This document shows positions 1 to 11,917 of a DNA stretch of 64,000 nt, piece after piece. The DNA comes from Dimorphilus gyrociliatus (taxonomy: Eukaryota; Animalia; Annelida). Below the pieces are notes generated by a model. That model was given only the letters and a program-made list of their open reading frames with translations. It was not told the DNA's origin and did no database searches. The stretch covers positions 620,001-684,000 of the forward strand of contig CAJFCJ010000018.1 of NCBI GenBank assembly GCA_904063045.1, read 5' to 3'. How positions within the stretch are numbered: position 1 is the first letter of the stretch; each line of letters starts with the position of its first letter. Made by a program: the position numbers and the translations under genes.

Positions 1-432
1 CGCTTAACATATTACAATAGATGTATATTGATTTAATTGGTAAGAATTTATGAGTCTGAGTTTTCTTTAAACTAGGTTACGCCTATAGCATTATAGGTAA
101 GAAGCGAATCTGTGAAGCCCTTAAGTATTTTTAGGATTAAGCTACAAGTAGATATTCAATAGTTATAGAAAACTATTATAAATAAAACTAAGCAGAAAGA
201 AATTGAAGGAGAAAGCTTAATTTAAGTAGAAAAGATATGTAATTTAGCAAAAATCGGATATTTTTGAAAGAGAGCTTTAAAATCGTTCGATCTGAATGAA
301 ATGTAAACACTCAACTATAAAAAATCAAATATCATTTTTGTTACGTATAATAATTAATAGAAAATTTGAAAATAATGATAATTTAAACTTACCTTGCTGA
401 ATGCTTTATTTCGTGGCGATTTCTTTTTTTCA

Positions 433-443
433 GCGGCCATTTT
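433..443 (-). promoter_or_regulatory. YY1/Pho-type site (AAAATGGCCGC on - strand)
   Basis: Plus-strand GCGGCCATTTT matches the YY1/Pho consensus. It lies next to AGGTCATTAATCAA, which contains a Pbx/Hox-type TGATTAAT on the - strand. Motif match only. Confidence 0.3.
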
Positions 444-3400
444 GCTTTAAGTAGGTCATTAATCAACAAGCAGCGCCCTCTGTAAATACATTCGATAAAT
501 ATTATATTGAGGGGTTTTTTCTTACAAAATCCAACTTTTTTCTCAGCTAAACGTGAACTGAGATAATTATCTAGAAAAAAACAACTTCTGTAAGCCATTT
601 GGCAAATAAATGCAAGATGCGCACGCATCGAATCACGCGCATTTCTAGAAACTCGGACAGATGAAAGCAATTTATTCAACGTTCCATCAGTCATGCTTTA
701 TTTGTCAATTATATGATTCTTTCGTTCGAAGTTGGGCTATAATTCGATTTTAGAAGAACGTTCGGTGTACATCGATTTGATTAAATAGGTCAAAAGGCAT
801 CGTCTTATGTATTTCTTTGAAGTTTTCTTAAATATTTTGACTGACAAGGCAGGAGTTTAACAGATGTTCTTGTTTATAAAACGGATCCATTTGAACACGG
901 CTGGAACATTTACAACGCTTAGTTTGCTCTTTGTCTATTATATATTGATATATATATGCATAATTCAATGAAAAGTGAATAAATGTAGCCTTCATAATGA
1001 TAAATTAATGACGATATCATTTGAAATCGTAAATAATGCTACTATGCTATTTAAATAAAAAATGTTCTTCCTCTGGTTTAAAAATTATCAAACGGGTATA
1101 GATAACAGGGCAGAACCTTTTTTAATTTAATTTATACCTTTATTTCGTTTTTTAGGACTCTTAGGATTTTATAGGTCAACTATTATATTCTATTATTATC
1201 AGGTTACTCTTATATAAACTCTTTAAGGTCAATCTTAAAATTTTAATTATATTTGTACGGTATTAAATTGGTATTGATTTTTTAAATAATTACAAAGGTC
1301 AGAAACTTTTTGAAAAGTTTGTCATCCTGCATTGATATAGATAATAATTCAGATGGTGCGACAGCGGGTGAAGCGCATGAGCGACTTCGTTTCACATCAA
1401 TGCGCATTGCCGCCATGTTCGATTTTGCTCAAGTTTCTTTTTTGTAAACGCAGTTTATCAAGTTAACTATATTACTATGTTACATTCTTTATAAAGGTAT
1501 GGTATTAACGTATTTTTTTCCCAATATTTCAATGTCTCTCTATCAGATATATATAGTACTTTTATAAAAAGTTTCACTTTGTATTGTTTCCAGTCGATAT
1601 TTTACGCATAGAACTTGATAATTATTATTATATTTTTAATTAGTTAACTTTTTATTCTTTTGTAACCGAAATATGTAATAATGAATTTCGTTTTCACTAT
1701 TAAACATTTCTTGGTTTTAAACTTTAATAGATTCGCAATCAGACGATAGATGGCACAACGAGTTGCTTTTTAAAATAGAATCAGCGCGTCTAAATTGTTC
1801 TTTTCTAGAGTCTTATATTACACGGATATATAAGAGACATAAAGCAAGAATTAAATACCATGAAATGGGTTTTAAAACTCTTATAATTCTTACACAGTTA
1901 TTAAGCAGGAATAAAATAAAATAGATATCCTATAAACGAGTAAATATAAGATTAGTTGTTATTATGGAGATAAATTGAAGGGATAAAGCATTGCGATTTA
2001 AATAGAAACAAATATTTGGTGATTATTTAATATATTGATGATGAATATTTACATTTTAAAAATTTAGATCCCCTTTCATTTATGTGAGAATAGCTATGCC
2101 AGACGTTGATATGTTTGGCGGTGCAGACACGCATCTGTACTCTTTTGAAAATGTTCGTGCGAAGCGGCGCCCTAAATAGCAACTTGACCTCTTTGCCTTC
2201 GGTCAGTTTCTTGTTTGTATATCTGTAGAAGTGCAAACATTGCTTGTTTGTATCTTTACATATTGGTATAAAATCTTTGTTTCGTCAGATTTTAAATTTA
2301 TTATAAAGGATATTCACTTTGTGTTAGGGGGAAAGGGTTACAAAATTTGCAAAGACAATTTTATATAGCTGATATTATATATATGCATGTATATGATGCG
2401 TATGCTTGAGATTTCGTTATTACTTCTGGAGGAAAATGTCACTTCAACTAGCGGGGTTTTTTATCAGAGGTATTATTAAAATATAAAACAGACTCTAAAT
2501 AGGAGAATATCAACACGGATGAAAAGATCATTCAGCAGTTGCCATGGTTATCAAAGTATATCAGCTAACATTTACCGAACCAAGTCAGAGATTTCTTTGT
2601 TCATTATCGTAACAGCAACAAAATTTTTTTTAATCCCACACTATTCCCCTATACTTAACGAAAGCTTAGAGCAACATCTGTCTTTCTACTAAAATATATA
2701 CTTCACCAACACTCTCGTGCTGTCGATAAATTCATTGAGAAATAATTTTATAGTACACACAACGTATACGACGAAATCAGCTGAATGTGATGCATCAAAA
2801 TCAACAATCTGGGTTATTGGGTCAATGATTTTTTATCTAAGGACTGGATAAAATGTATAACCAGCGATTAAAATCATTAACTAAATCTTATATTAAAGTG
2901 CAATAAATTTCAAGAGATTTCGTTAGGGTATAACTTTCAAATGTTTTTCTTTTTAAACAAAACTGTTAGTACTACACAGGTTTCGTATTTTGTTTAAAGT
3001 GTTTAATTTTAAGAGAATAGTTCGACCTTTAATTCATATAACAAAGATTTAGTTATTTATTTTGTCTACAAAATGTTGAAACTACTAAGAAGGCGGTATG
3101 TGCGGACAGAATCTGGCGAATTTTTCAATAATAAGATAACGATTCTTGATCTTTTACATACTTTGAGCAAAAATAGAATAGTGTCCCATCCTTTAAAAAA
3201 TATATCGTTCAAATTATGCCATTATTAATCATTATTTTCAAAGCCGGAGAGCATATGATCATAATTAGGAAAAAGCGCGCAAACCTGTATTTACAAGAAA
3301 GCAACTTCCAAGAATATTTCTATAATTAATTTAAGTATTTATATGATTAAACTATTTTCTGTTTATTCAAAACATTAATTTGCTTATTTTTGTAAAACTA

Positions 3401-3849
3401 GAAACCAAACTATACAAATACCTTTAAACTTGTAACCAATCACATTTCAATACAAAATTCTACTGAATTTACAAGATTAATAAATTGACCAACATTTTTT
3501 TTATCATAATATCCTCTGTAAAGTATATTTAATCATATTTGATCATACAGAAAATTGCTAACGTACAATTTTTCCTTCTGAAACGTGCGTACAAATCAAA
3601 AGATCAGGATTAGTACCAATACTCCCATTTATACGTATATATAATAAAGATATTCGTAAACATTTGAATATAGCATTTTTGTCCTTTGTTCACATTAATC
3701 CTTCTTTGATTTATTCTCTGCAATCGTAGGTTTGTAGAATGACTATGATGATATAGTAAAATATATTCCTTTCATCATGGAAAATTTTAAAAGAGGGATT
3801 TCCGAAAATAAATAAACGAAATCAACAAGACCAGACTGCTCTGGTACAA

Positions 3850-3860
3850 AAAATGGCGGC
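3850..3860 (+). promoter_or_regulatory. YY1/Pho-type site AAAATGGCGGC in a GC-richer island, possible distal Hox3 promoter
   Basis: Perfect YY1 consensus inside a CpG-containing patch (about 3830-3970), upstream of a strong splice donor at 4543. Confidence 0.35.
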
Positions 3861-4542
3861 GCCCAACGGAAACTAGGTCAACGTCATTTTTCACCCTCGA
3901 CATTTTTACAGCTGCCCCCCGTTTAAAGCGCGGTCGAAAAGCGTCACATCTCTTGATAGACTATGACGTAACCCAGTTTCAACTTTCTTTCTCAAACTTT
4001 TGAAATGCAAACAGTTTTAGTGTTTTACGACCTCCTAACAAAGGGTGCCTTTATTTAAGTAATTCAGGGATGTGACAGTTTTGTTTACGTCGTATATATA
4101 TTTTTACGACTTTGTTATACACTGTAACATGATTAAAAACTTTTCCTTTTTTTTATTCAACTATTTTTAACTGGAAAACTTTCCATGCATTAATAAAACT
4201 AAGGAATTCAATAGATCTTACCGATCTATATTGCATACTAAGGTGTCTCAATTAAAAACAAGAAACGTCTAAACCTTAGAATTAAGATTGACTTACCGGA
4301 ACTATAGACGTTCTTAAACAATTGAACTTCAAAATGTAAAGTCTAGTCACGCTCTACCAACAATGCAGTTCGAACGAACGTCGTTCATTCAGTATATTCA
4401 TGCAATTTTAACGCAGGGCTAAACAATAACATAATCTATAAATATCGATTCTCTATGAACAGTATCGATATTGATCGCTATCCGTTTAAAACATGCGTTC
4501 ACCCAGGTCGATCTGGTATAGCGATACTGACGTTGTGTGTAG

Positions 4543-5357
4543 GTGAGTATTTTTTCTATTCGGAGAAAAGTTAATATCTTGTTGTCTTTATTTACGTCAA
4601 GATTTCCCTAGTAGTTTTCTTATTAGCTCTCTCGATATAAAGACTTAAAATTCTCTATTTTTCAAAATAAGTTTTAATGTTAAGATATTGATATAACGAA
4701 ATATTTGGTATCTATTACAAATCACACTCGCACTTTCTTGTTTTTTGAGTATACGCTATTTTTATACATTTATTGATGCACATTAGTAGTGGAGAGAGAA
4801 CACACCCAATAACTATAAATAGAAATATTTAAGAAAAAAACAGGGCAATTTACCCCCTTTTGAGCGTATGTGTTTCGTTTTGCACTTAACCAACAAGAGT
4901 GCAATATAAAGCCGGAGGCAGGTTCGGCCCACCTTTTCATTTTAAAGAACGCACTATCCTCTTCTAGTCATTTTTACGAAACTAATTTGCATTTTACGAC
5001 ATCGCCTTTCTTGCCATACACAATACGTGTCGGCGAAAATGGCATTTTTCGAAAATAACGATTTTTTCATATATTCTTTGTAAGGAAGAGCATGAAGAAA
5101 ACTCACCAAACGTGCATCAGACAGTTTGACAATTTGTAAATACAAAGTACAATTTCAGGAAAATGGACTAAGCAAAATGTAGAGAGTAACATAATATAGT
5201 TCTTTTTAGGATAGCATGTTTTCTGAACTTTGACCTTTTGGTTCTTTCATCAGTCCTACAGTTACAAGTTTCATCCGTACTAAAAAATTTAATTTAAACA
5301 ACTTCTTAAAACATTATTACATAAATTCTATGTTTACAAGCTTTTAAACTTTTTTAG
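4543..5357 (+). other. Putative 5' UTR intron of Hox3
   Basis: Strong donor AG|GTGAGT at 4543 and a polypyrimidine acceptor TTTTTAG ending at 5357, upstream of the Hox3 ATG. Confidence 0.4.
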
Positions 5358-5386
5358 ATATTGCGCGTATATTTTCCGGCTCTCTC

Positions 5387-5408
5387 ATTGGTCGATATCA
5401 GTCACGTG
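5387..5408 (+). promoter_or_regulatory. Inverted CCAAT box + E-box module (ATTGG-N11-CACGTG) of Hox3
   Basis: ATTGG 5387-5391, 11-nt spacer, CACGTG 5403-5408. Same spacing as at Hox2 and Hox1. Confidence 0.7.
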
Positions 5409-5485
5409 GACTGTCAACGTATGCTAATGACGTCTTCATGTCGAAAGCTTGTCAAGGCGAATTGATCAATCAGAAAATCGACAGC

Positions 5486-7510
5486 ATGCAGAAAACTGAT
5501 ACGGACTCTTCAAATTATTACGATGTCTATCAACAACAGCAATTTTATCATCAAAATGGATATCATGGAAACTATCCAGATTATACTAATGATACTTATA
5601 GACAGCATTGCCAACAAATTGCGCCGACAAACTGTCAACAAGATTATAATAATTACGCGACTCATCAGACAAATTTTTGTAATCCTCAAGATCAGCATGG
5701 ATTGGTTAAAAATGAACCAGAAATATATCCTTGGATGCAGGATAATAGAAAAAATATAAAAAGAGGGGGAAAGGAACAGCACATATCATCAGGTAATTCA
5801 TTTTCTTAAAAAATATGTTCTAGTAGTAAACATAACCGACTACTCTAAAGCAACATGCATGCCCTATTAATTGCTGTCAGGCCAAAAGTTTTGTTAAGTC
5901 GTATTTATTTGCCCCATTTGTGAGCAAATTTTATGGCATGAATATCCACTATAAATAAGAAATTGGATAAAAACTATTCATTTTATAAAATGTCTGAATA
6001 TGTATGAATTTAAGAGCAGTCTCCTCGAAATGAACTTAAGTGGATATTGTGCGGAAAAAGTCATCTTAGGGAAAATATAACATAATTTAACCTAGTTAAC
6101 AATACTTTTGGCTTTGAAGCCAAGTTGAAACTTTTCTCATAAAAACTTTTATTTTTGTTGATTTAACCCTGTAGTATTTTAGAGAAATATCCTATTTTAC
6201 ATGTCTAATCGTTTCAAAGTCAATGTTTCTTTTAAAAACTAAACGTAATAGATCGCAACAACTTATAAACAGTAGGAAAAAGGATGCATTGTATACTGAA
6301 AAAAAAACCCTCATAAATTTCACTTGACACGTGTCTGGAAACTACGCAATATCCGTTACGTAATTTCCGTTAACAATCTTAGCGATACGCTGACCAATGT
6401 CGTTAAAAAGCCATTATGACGTCACAATTACGTCAAGACTCTTCTCAAAGAACTGCTTTTCGGAAGAGATTTCATCACTAACTTTTTTTAAAATATATTT
6501 GTTGTGGTTTAAAAATTCTAAAAGTTTTCTTTATCAAAGCAGGTGGTAGTATAGAAAGTGCCGATCAGCCTACAAAGAGAGCTAGAACTGCTTATACAAG
6601 TGCTCAATTGGTAGAACTGGAAAAAGAATTTCACTTTAGTCGATACTTGTGCCGGCCAAGAAGGATTGAGATGGCTGCTTTGTTAAATTTAACAGAGCGG
6701 CAAATAAAAATCTGGTTCCAGGTAAAGAACTTTTTATATTTAATAGAGACATGCAACAGAAAAAACATATAAAAAAGGATATGAAATAAAGCTTTTTTAA
6801 GTTAATTTGATTATTTTGCACAATGAAATTCTGATAAACAACAATAACTTCATTCCTGTATTTTTCCTTTTTTGTTTGATTCAATTTATTTCTATAATGA
6901 GGTCATTCAAGCTGTTAAAATAATTCAACAAGCCTGCTTGAAAAAATGTTTTGAGTACAATATTTTAAATAGCTTTTATAATAAACAGAACCGACGGATG
7001 AAATACAAAAAGGAACAAAAGAACAAAGAATCAGGGGGTGCAATTTCATCAACAAGCTCTGCCCCAGGAACTCCCTTAAACTCCTCAGCTACATCCCAAA
7101 TAAATCAAAATAGAACATCAACACCTGAAGCAGCATCTTCTCCTCTCATATCTCCTAAGTCTGAAAAGTCGTCATCGAACGAGGCCGGCTCAGATGATCA
7201 TGATAGTGAACTTGGAAATGTTGATGAAAAACAACCCAGATCTCCTGTAACAATTCCAGTTCAAAGACCGGCACCCCAACCTCAGAGACATTATCAAACT
7301 CAGCATCATATGGCGAGTGTACCTCATTATTATGCTAATTATCACCATCAAAGTCAATATATACCGGCACACTGTAATGAAATCGCTCCTCCTGTAGCTC
7401 CACCTACAATAGGGATTACGCATGCGCAGTTGAGCGATAATGGCGGATTATGTATGGATGGATATCACGCTCAGGGATATAACGGTTTTAATAAATTACC
7501 GCATATTTGA
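5486..7510 (+). CDS. Hox3: Homeobox protein Hox3 (3 exons, ~335 aa)
   Basis: Exons 5486-5792, 6543-6721, 6989-7510, all GT-AG with matching phases. N-terminus MQK...YYD, hexapeptide IYPWM, homeodomain [50 protein letters not shown]|NRRMKYKKE is diagnostic of paralog group 3. An in-frame ATG at 5438 could add 16 aa. Confidence 0.95.
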
Positions 7511-8964
7511 GTGTATTTTTTAGTGTGAGAGATTATTGTAAAAACCAGGGAAAATATTTCTATCGCTCAAAGTTTATCACCGATTGTTTATATCTGTTCA
7601 TATGTTAGCTCATGCCCAACTTGTATATTTATGAGAAAAAAATTATGCTATGACACTCTTGCCATTTAAATAATTTGACTAGATGTGTGTTACTCGATGG
7701 TTCCGAAATTTTACTGTCTCTATACACTACGTATTTGAATGTATATAAGTGTAAACTTGATGTAAAACGTTGTGTATTTCTATGCAACTACTGTTATAGA
7801 AATGTATTCATCTGTTTTAAAAAAAAATACAGTCTTGTAAATTATTAGAATATTTAGTGACTTTTCAAAAATCTAATTGACATAAATATAATATACAAGA
7901 TATGACTTCCTTTTGGGAAATACTTATAAATTGTTAGACAATCCGCGTCACGAAATAACATCTTACCTAATCTTTATAAATGTATACACAGTAGCGAAAA
8001 ATTCTAATTTTATAACATTCTGACGCATTTATTGCTTATTATGCAATTATTGCTTTTACGTAGTCTTGACGAATGATATTTTACGAGTTAAAAACTTCTT
8101 GAAACTCCTCAACGATTATCATCAACAAGTAGATTTTTTTCCTGTTAATCTCTTAGCTTCATCTATAATATTTAATTTTAACAGATATTCTTTTGAACTA
8201 AGCGCATACAAATTGGCACGAGTACTCGCTCTAAGTGTTACTGTAACGGATGATTTTACTTCACATGTGCCTGGGAGATATTTTCACGCTTTTACAATTT
8301 TATAAAGGTAAAGAAAAGCTAAGAGGAAACCGGAAGAACTCATTGAATACCGTAGTAAACACGAATAGGAGGTAATTTATTCACTGATAATTGCTAGTGA
8401 AAACTATCATACTTATCTCCGATACATCACATTCATCTAATTACAAAGTATTCGTATTAAAATGACACCTGTATGCCTTTTGTCTCATCAAAATGACAAT
8501 ACAGCTTGCATAATGAAGAAGCCTTCAAACGTAGCCGACAGGTTCAGGTGTGACGTCTAAAGTGAGTCAAATTTGCATAAGAAAGGCGTCGATTCGACGC
8601 GCGTTCCTGATAAAGTCACGTATATTTGAATATTTTATAGGTCTATATCTAAAATGGAACTTATTAACCCGTTGTCTATACAAGTAACTTCAATTATTGA
8701 TAGTTGATACAAAATGTTGACCTTATCACGTGCCTCCTTCGTTAAAATCGTACATGCTCCAGACGGATCAAGAGGCGTATTCTATTAACGAATCAGCTCT
8801 TTCAGATTTATCTAAAAATTAGCTAAAGACGCATCTTTGATATGAAATGTATATAAAACAGCCCAGATAAACAGAACTATTAAAATTCTTTGTTTGAGAT
8901 CTAGAATAGCGGATCAATTCCACGACTGCAAAAAAGAGAAAAGAAACCTTATAACTGGACAAGG

Positions 8965-9001
8965 ATTGGCTGTCTCTAAACACGTGACCAAAATGGCTGC
9001 C
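8965..9001 (+). promoter_or_regulatory. ATTGG-N11-CACGTG module of Hox2 followed by a YY1-type site
   Basis: ATTGG 8965-8969, CACGTG 8981-8986, AAAATGGCTGCC 8990-9001. Initiator-like TCAGT at 9050. Confidence 0.7.
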
Positions 9002-9108
9002 TACAGAGCCTTAGCGTGTGGGGAGAGAAGTTTTACGAAAGTTTGCCCGTCAGTGTGAAGATGAGTAGAGTGAATTGAAACTTATCCTTCCAGAAAAATT
9101 CAGCGACT

Positions 9109-11917
9109 ATGGAGTATCCAAACGCAATAGCCTATGATCCAACGATTAATCATCAATTTCCACCAAATCTACAAGGATTCAACGATGTTCCACAATACGA
9201 TTGGATGAAAGAGAAGAAAGGTTCGAGAAAGAAAAAAATGGCGGAGACAATCGGTGTAGAAGGTAAGTTGAAAATGAGACTTAAAAGGAAAGAGAGAAGG
9301 CGGTCTTTGGATATAAGTGTATATGATAAATGACTACGATCGCCGTCATGATTAATGATTGAAATAAAAGAGTAACAGACCGAGAACGATGTCATGCTTG
9401 TTAACAAAACTGTTAAGTGTTCTTCGGAGGTGAGAGGTTAACGATTATGGAATTTTGATGGTCATTTTGAGTATCTTTATTTCGCCGATTTATTCACGCC
9501 TTCCGTTAGAATTATTACTGCTTTCTTTTGACATCTAAATTACCTGTTTATGACCAGATAATCTTAAGTTTTAGTAGCCAGGGGTATATTTCTTTCAAAA
9601 TATTAAAGATAAGCGTAAATGAGTATACTCCAACGCTTAGACTATCGAATAAATCTATTTTTAAACGAAAATTTGATTATTTTCGGAATGGGATATGAAA
9701 GACACAGTTTTGAACTTTAACTTCTTAATAAAGACATTAATAAAATGAGCAAAAATCACACCTGCCCGTGACAAACTCATAAAATTTGTTTATAGGAAAA
9801 AGAATCGATAATATATGACCACTTAGCATCGTAATAATGATAGTTTAATTATACCTATATATTCACAAAAGTGTGGATCTTAATATAGCTTTCTTTCTTA
9901 CTTTTAATACACGTCACTTTCCCCAGAAAGTGTCTAACACAGCAAGTGATCAAGATATAATAATTAGTAGAAAAGTGTTAATTGAAAAAATTCGCTGTTT
10001 CAAATTTCTTAAAGGGTTCTCTTTATTTTAACAATTGAATCAAAGTATACTTTTGGCAAAAAAAAAGCCTACAGTTTTCATTATTTTTGAAACAAACAAC
10101 GGTGTAACTTTATTCGTTGTCTTCTTATTATATAACATATATTTTTACATTTATATTCCGAATTTTTCTATGATTTGTCTTGCAAAGGAAAAACTAAATA
10201 TATAACTAATCGCTAAAAAATTACTTTGCATTGTTTGGTTTATTACGTAAGGTAAATGGAGAAAATATATCCAAGTGTTTATACTATTTGACGCGCGAAT
10301 TTCTGCGCGTGACACTCTGACTCAAAGGTTGCTGAGGTAACGAGAAACGGCGTCGAATATTTTACGGGTTTTTTTCTTCCTTCTGAAATGATTAGCGACG
10401 CTCGAACGGTGCGTGACTGTTGGAGAATTCGAAAAAAAACACAAGAGAACGTTGCTTGTCACCCTCCTTGATCTCTCGAGGAACAGATAATCATGGCCGC
10501 TGATCGACTTTTAGAGCAATAATGAACTATCTTTTTCCACGACAGATAATCCTTTTCTTTTTAAGGATATAATGAATTACGAAATTGGTTATCCCGTAGA
10601 ATTAATCTATATTTACAGATTTATTCATAGAAGTTATCTTTACAATTAAGATAAAAATTAATATTACATCCTTTAAGAGTGTTCTTATCCGAAGGAGGAT
10701 AAACAGTATATAAAAACTCTATTCTTTTCACAAGAATAAGAAAATAAGGAATTATCGATTCAAGATTAATTTACCCTCTTCTTATTCTATTCGTGAGAAG
10801 TACAAAAATCTAGAAGTAAAATATTTCTGGTAGCAAATATTTTAAATAGGTTACTTATAAAATATAGCGTCTTGATAGGGAAATAAGCTATATTGTTGAA
10901 TTTGAAACTCTCTTCTTGAGATATTTGATCTGGTCTTTTTTTTCAGCTGATAACACTATGCCTTCTTTATCTCCGTGCCCTGATTCACATGCGTCTACAA
11001 CGTCAAAACGACAAAGAACGGCCTATACTAATTCGCAGCTAGTGGAGCTCGAAAAGGAATTCCATTTCAATAAATACCTTTGCCGACCACGACGTATTGA
11101 AATCGCCGCAAGTCTTGATTTGACAGAACGACAGGTCAAAGTTTGGTTTCAAAATAGAAGAATGAAATATAAAAGACAGTCAGGGAACGGAAATGGAGAT
11201 TCTAAGGAGCCGGTGAAAGATGAATCTGCAAGAACTGAAAGAGCAGATAGCACAAGCGATTTGGGTACGTCAGAGAGCCACGCGTCTCCTTCCTCTACTG
11301 AACTCTCTCCTTCTCCTGCTGTGTCTTCGAAAGATCCAGAACCGGAAACAAAAAAGAATGAAAATAAGGAATTGCCGCCAATACACAGAGCGAATTTGTT
11401 TAATGCACGCCAATCTGCGGATTGCCAAATGGGATATACTAATCCGCAGTCGGCTGCCAATATGCAAATAAGTATGCAAATTAATAACGCTACATCGGCT
11501 TATCAACAACCAACGAATAATGGAGTATATTCTCCAAACAGTCGAGCATTTTATAATTATTCGTATCATAATACAAATTATCAGCAAAGTCAAGGTCAAA
11601 TGCAAGCAAGCCGTGACCTAGTTTCGTCTGACAGACCGTTAGCGACATCTAGGGGATCTGCCAACAACTATTATTCTACGCCACCTACCGACTCGCTTCG
11701 TCAAATAGAGCAACTGACTTTTTCAACTACAACTATCGAAAAATCTTGTTGTAGGTACAACAGCTCCGATCTGAACTACGTTCCACCTAATTGCTATCAA
11801 AATTCGAATATAGTTGAAAATAATCCAGATGTTCAACCAATTCAAGCCTGTATAAACAATTCTCAGTTTTCTATTTCAGATTATTTTAATAGTGGTAATG
11901 ACTATTATTCAATGTAG
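9109..11917 (+). CDS. Hox2: Homeobox protein Hox2/proboscipedia (2 exons, ~374 aa)
   Basis: Exons 9109-9262 and 10947-11917 (phase 1). Hexapeptide region YDWMKEKK (PG2-type WMKEKK). Homeodomain with [38 protein letters not shown]. Confidence 0.92.

Noticed and set aside
389-5145. ORF-track ORFs upstream of Hox3 (389-694, 2027-2236, 4870-5058, 4954-5145)
   Set aside because: No recognisable homology, splice context or coding-like composition; likely chance ORFs.
6166-6176. ACCCTGTAG in Hox3 intron 1, matching the 5' end of miR-10/miR-993-5p
   Set aside because: The match stops after 9 nt and no pre-miRNA hairpin or star arm is present. I found no miR-10 family gene in the window.
11149-11605. 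Antisense and alternative-frame ORFs over Hox2 exon 2, and similar shadows over Hox3, KANSL1, the 777-aa orphan and FucT
   Set aside because: Shadow ORFs produced by the codon bias of the real CDS.
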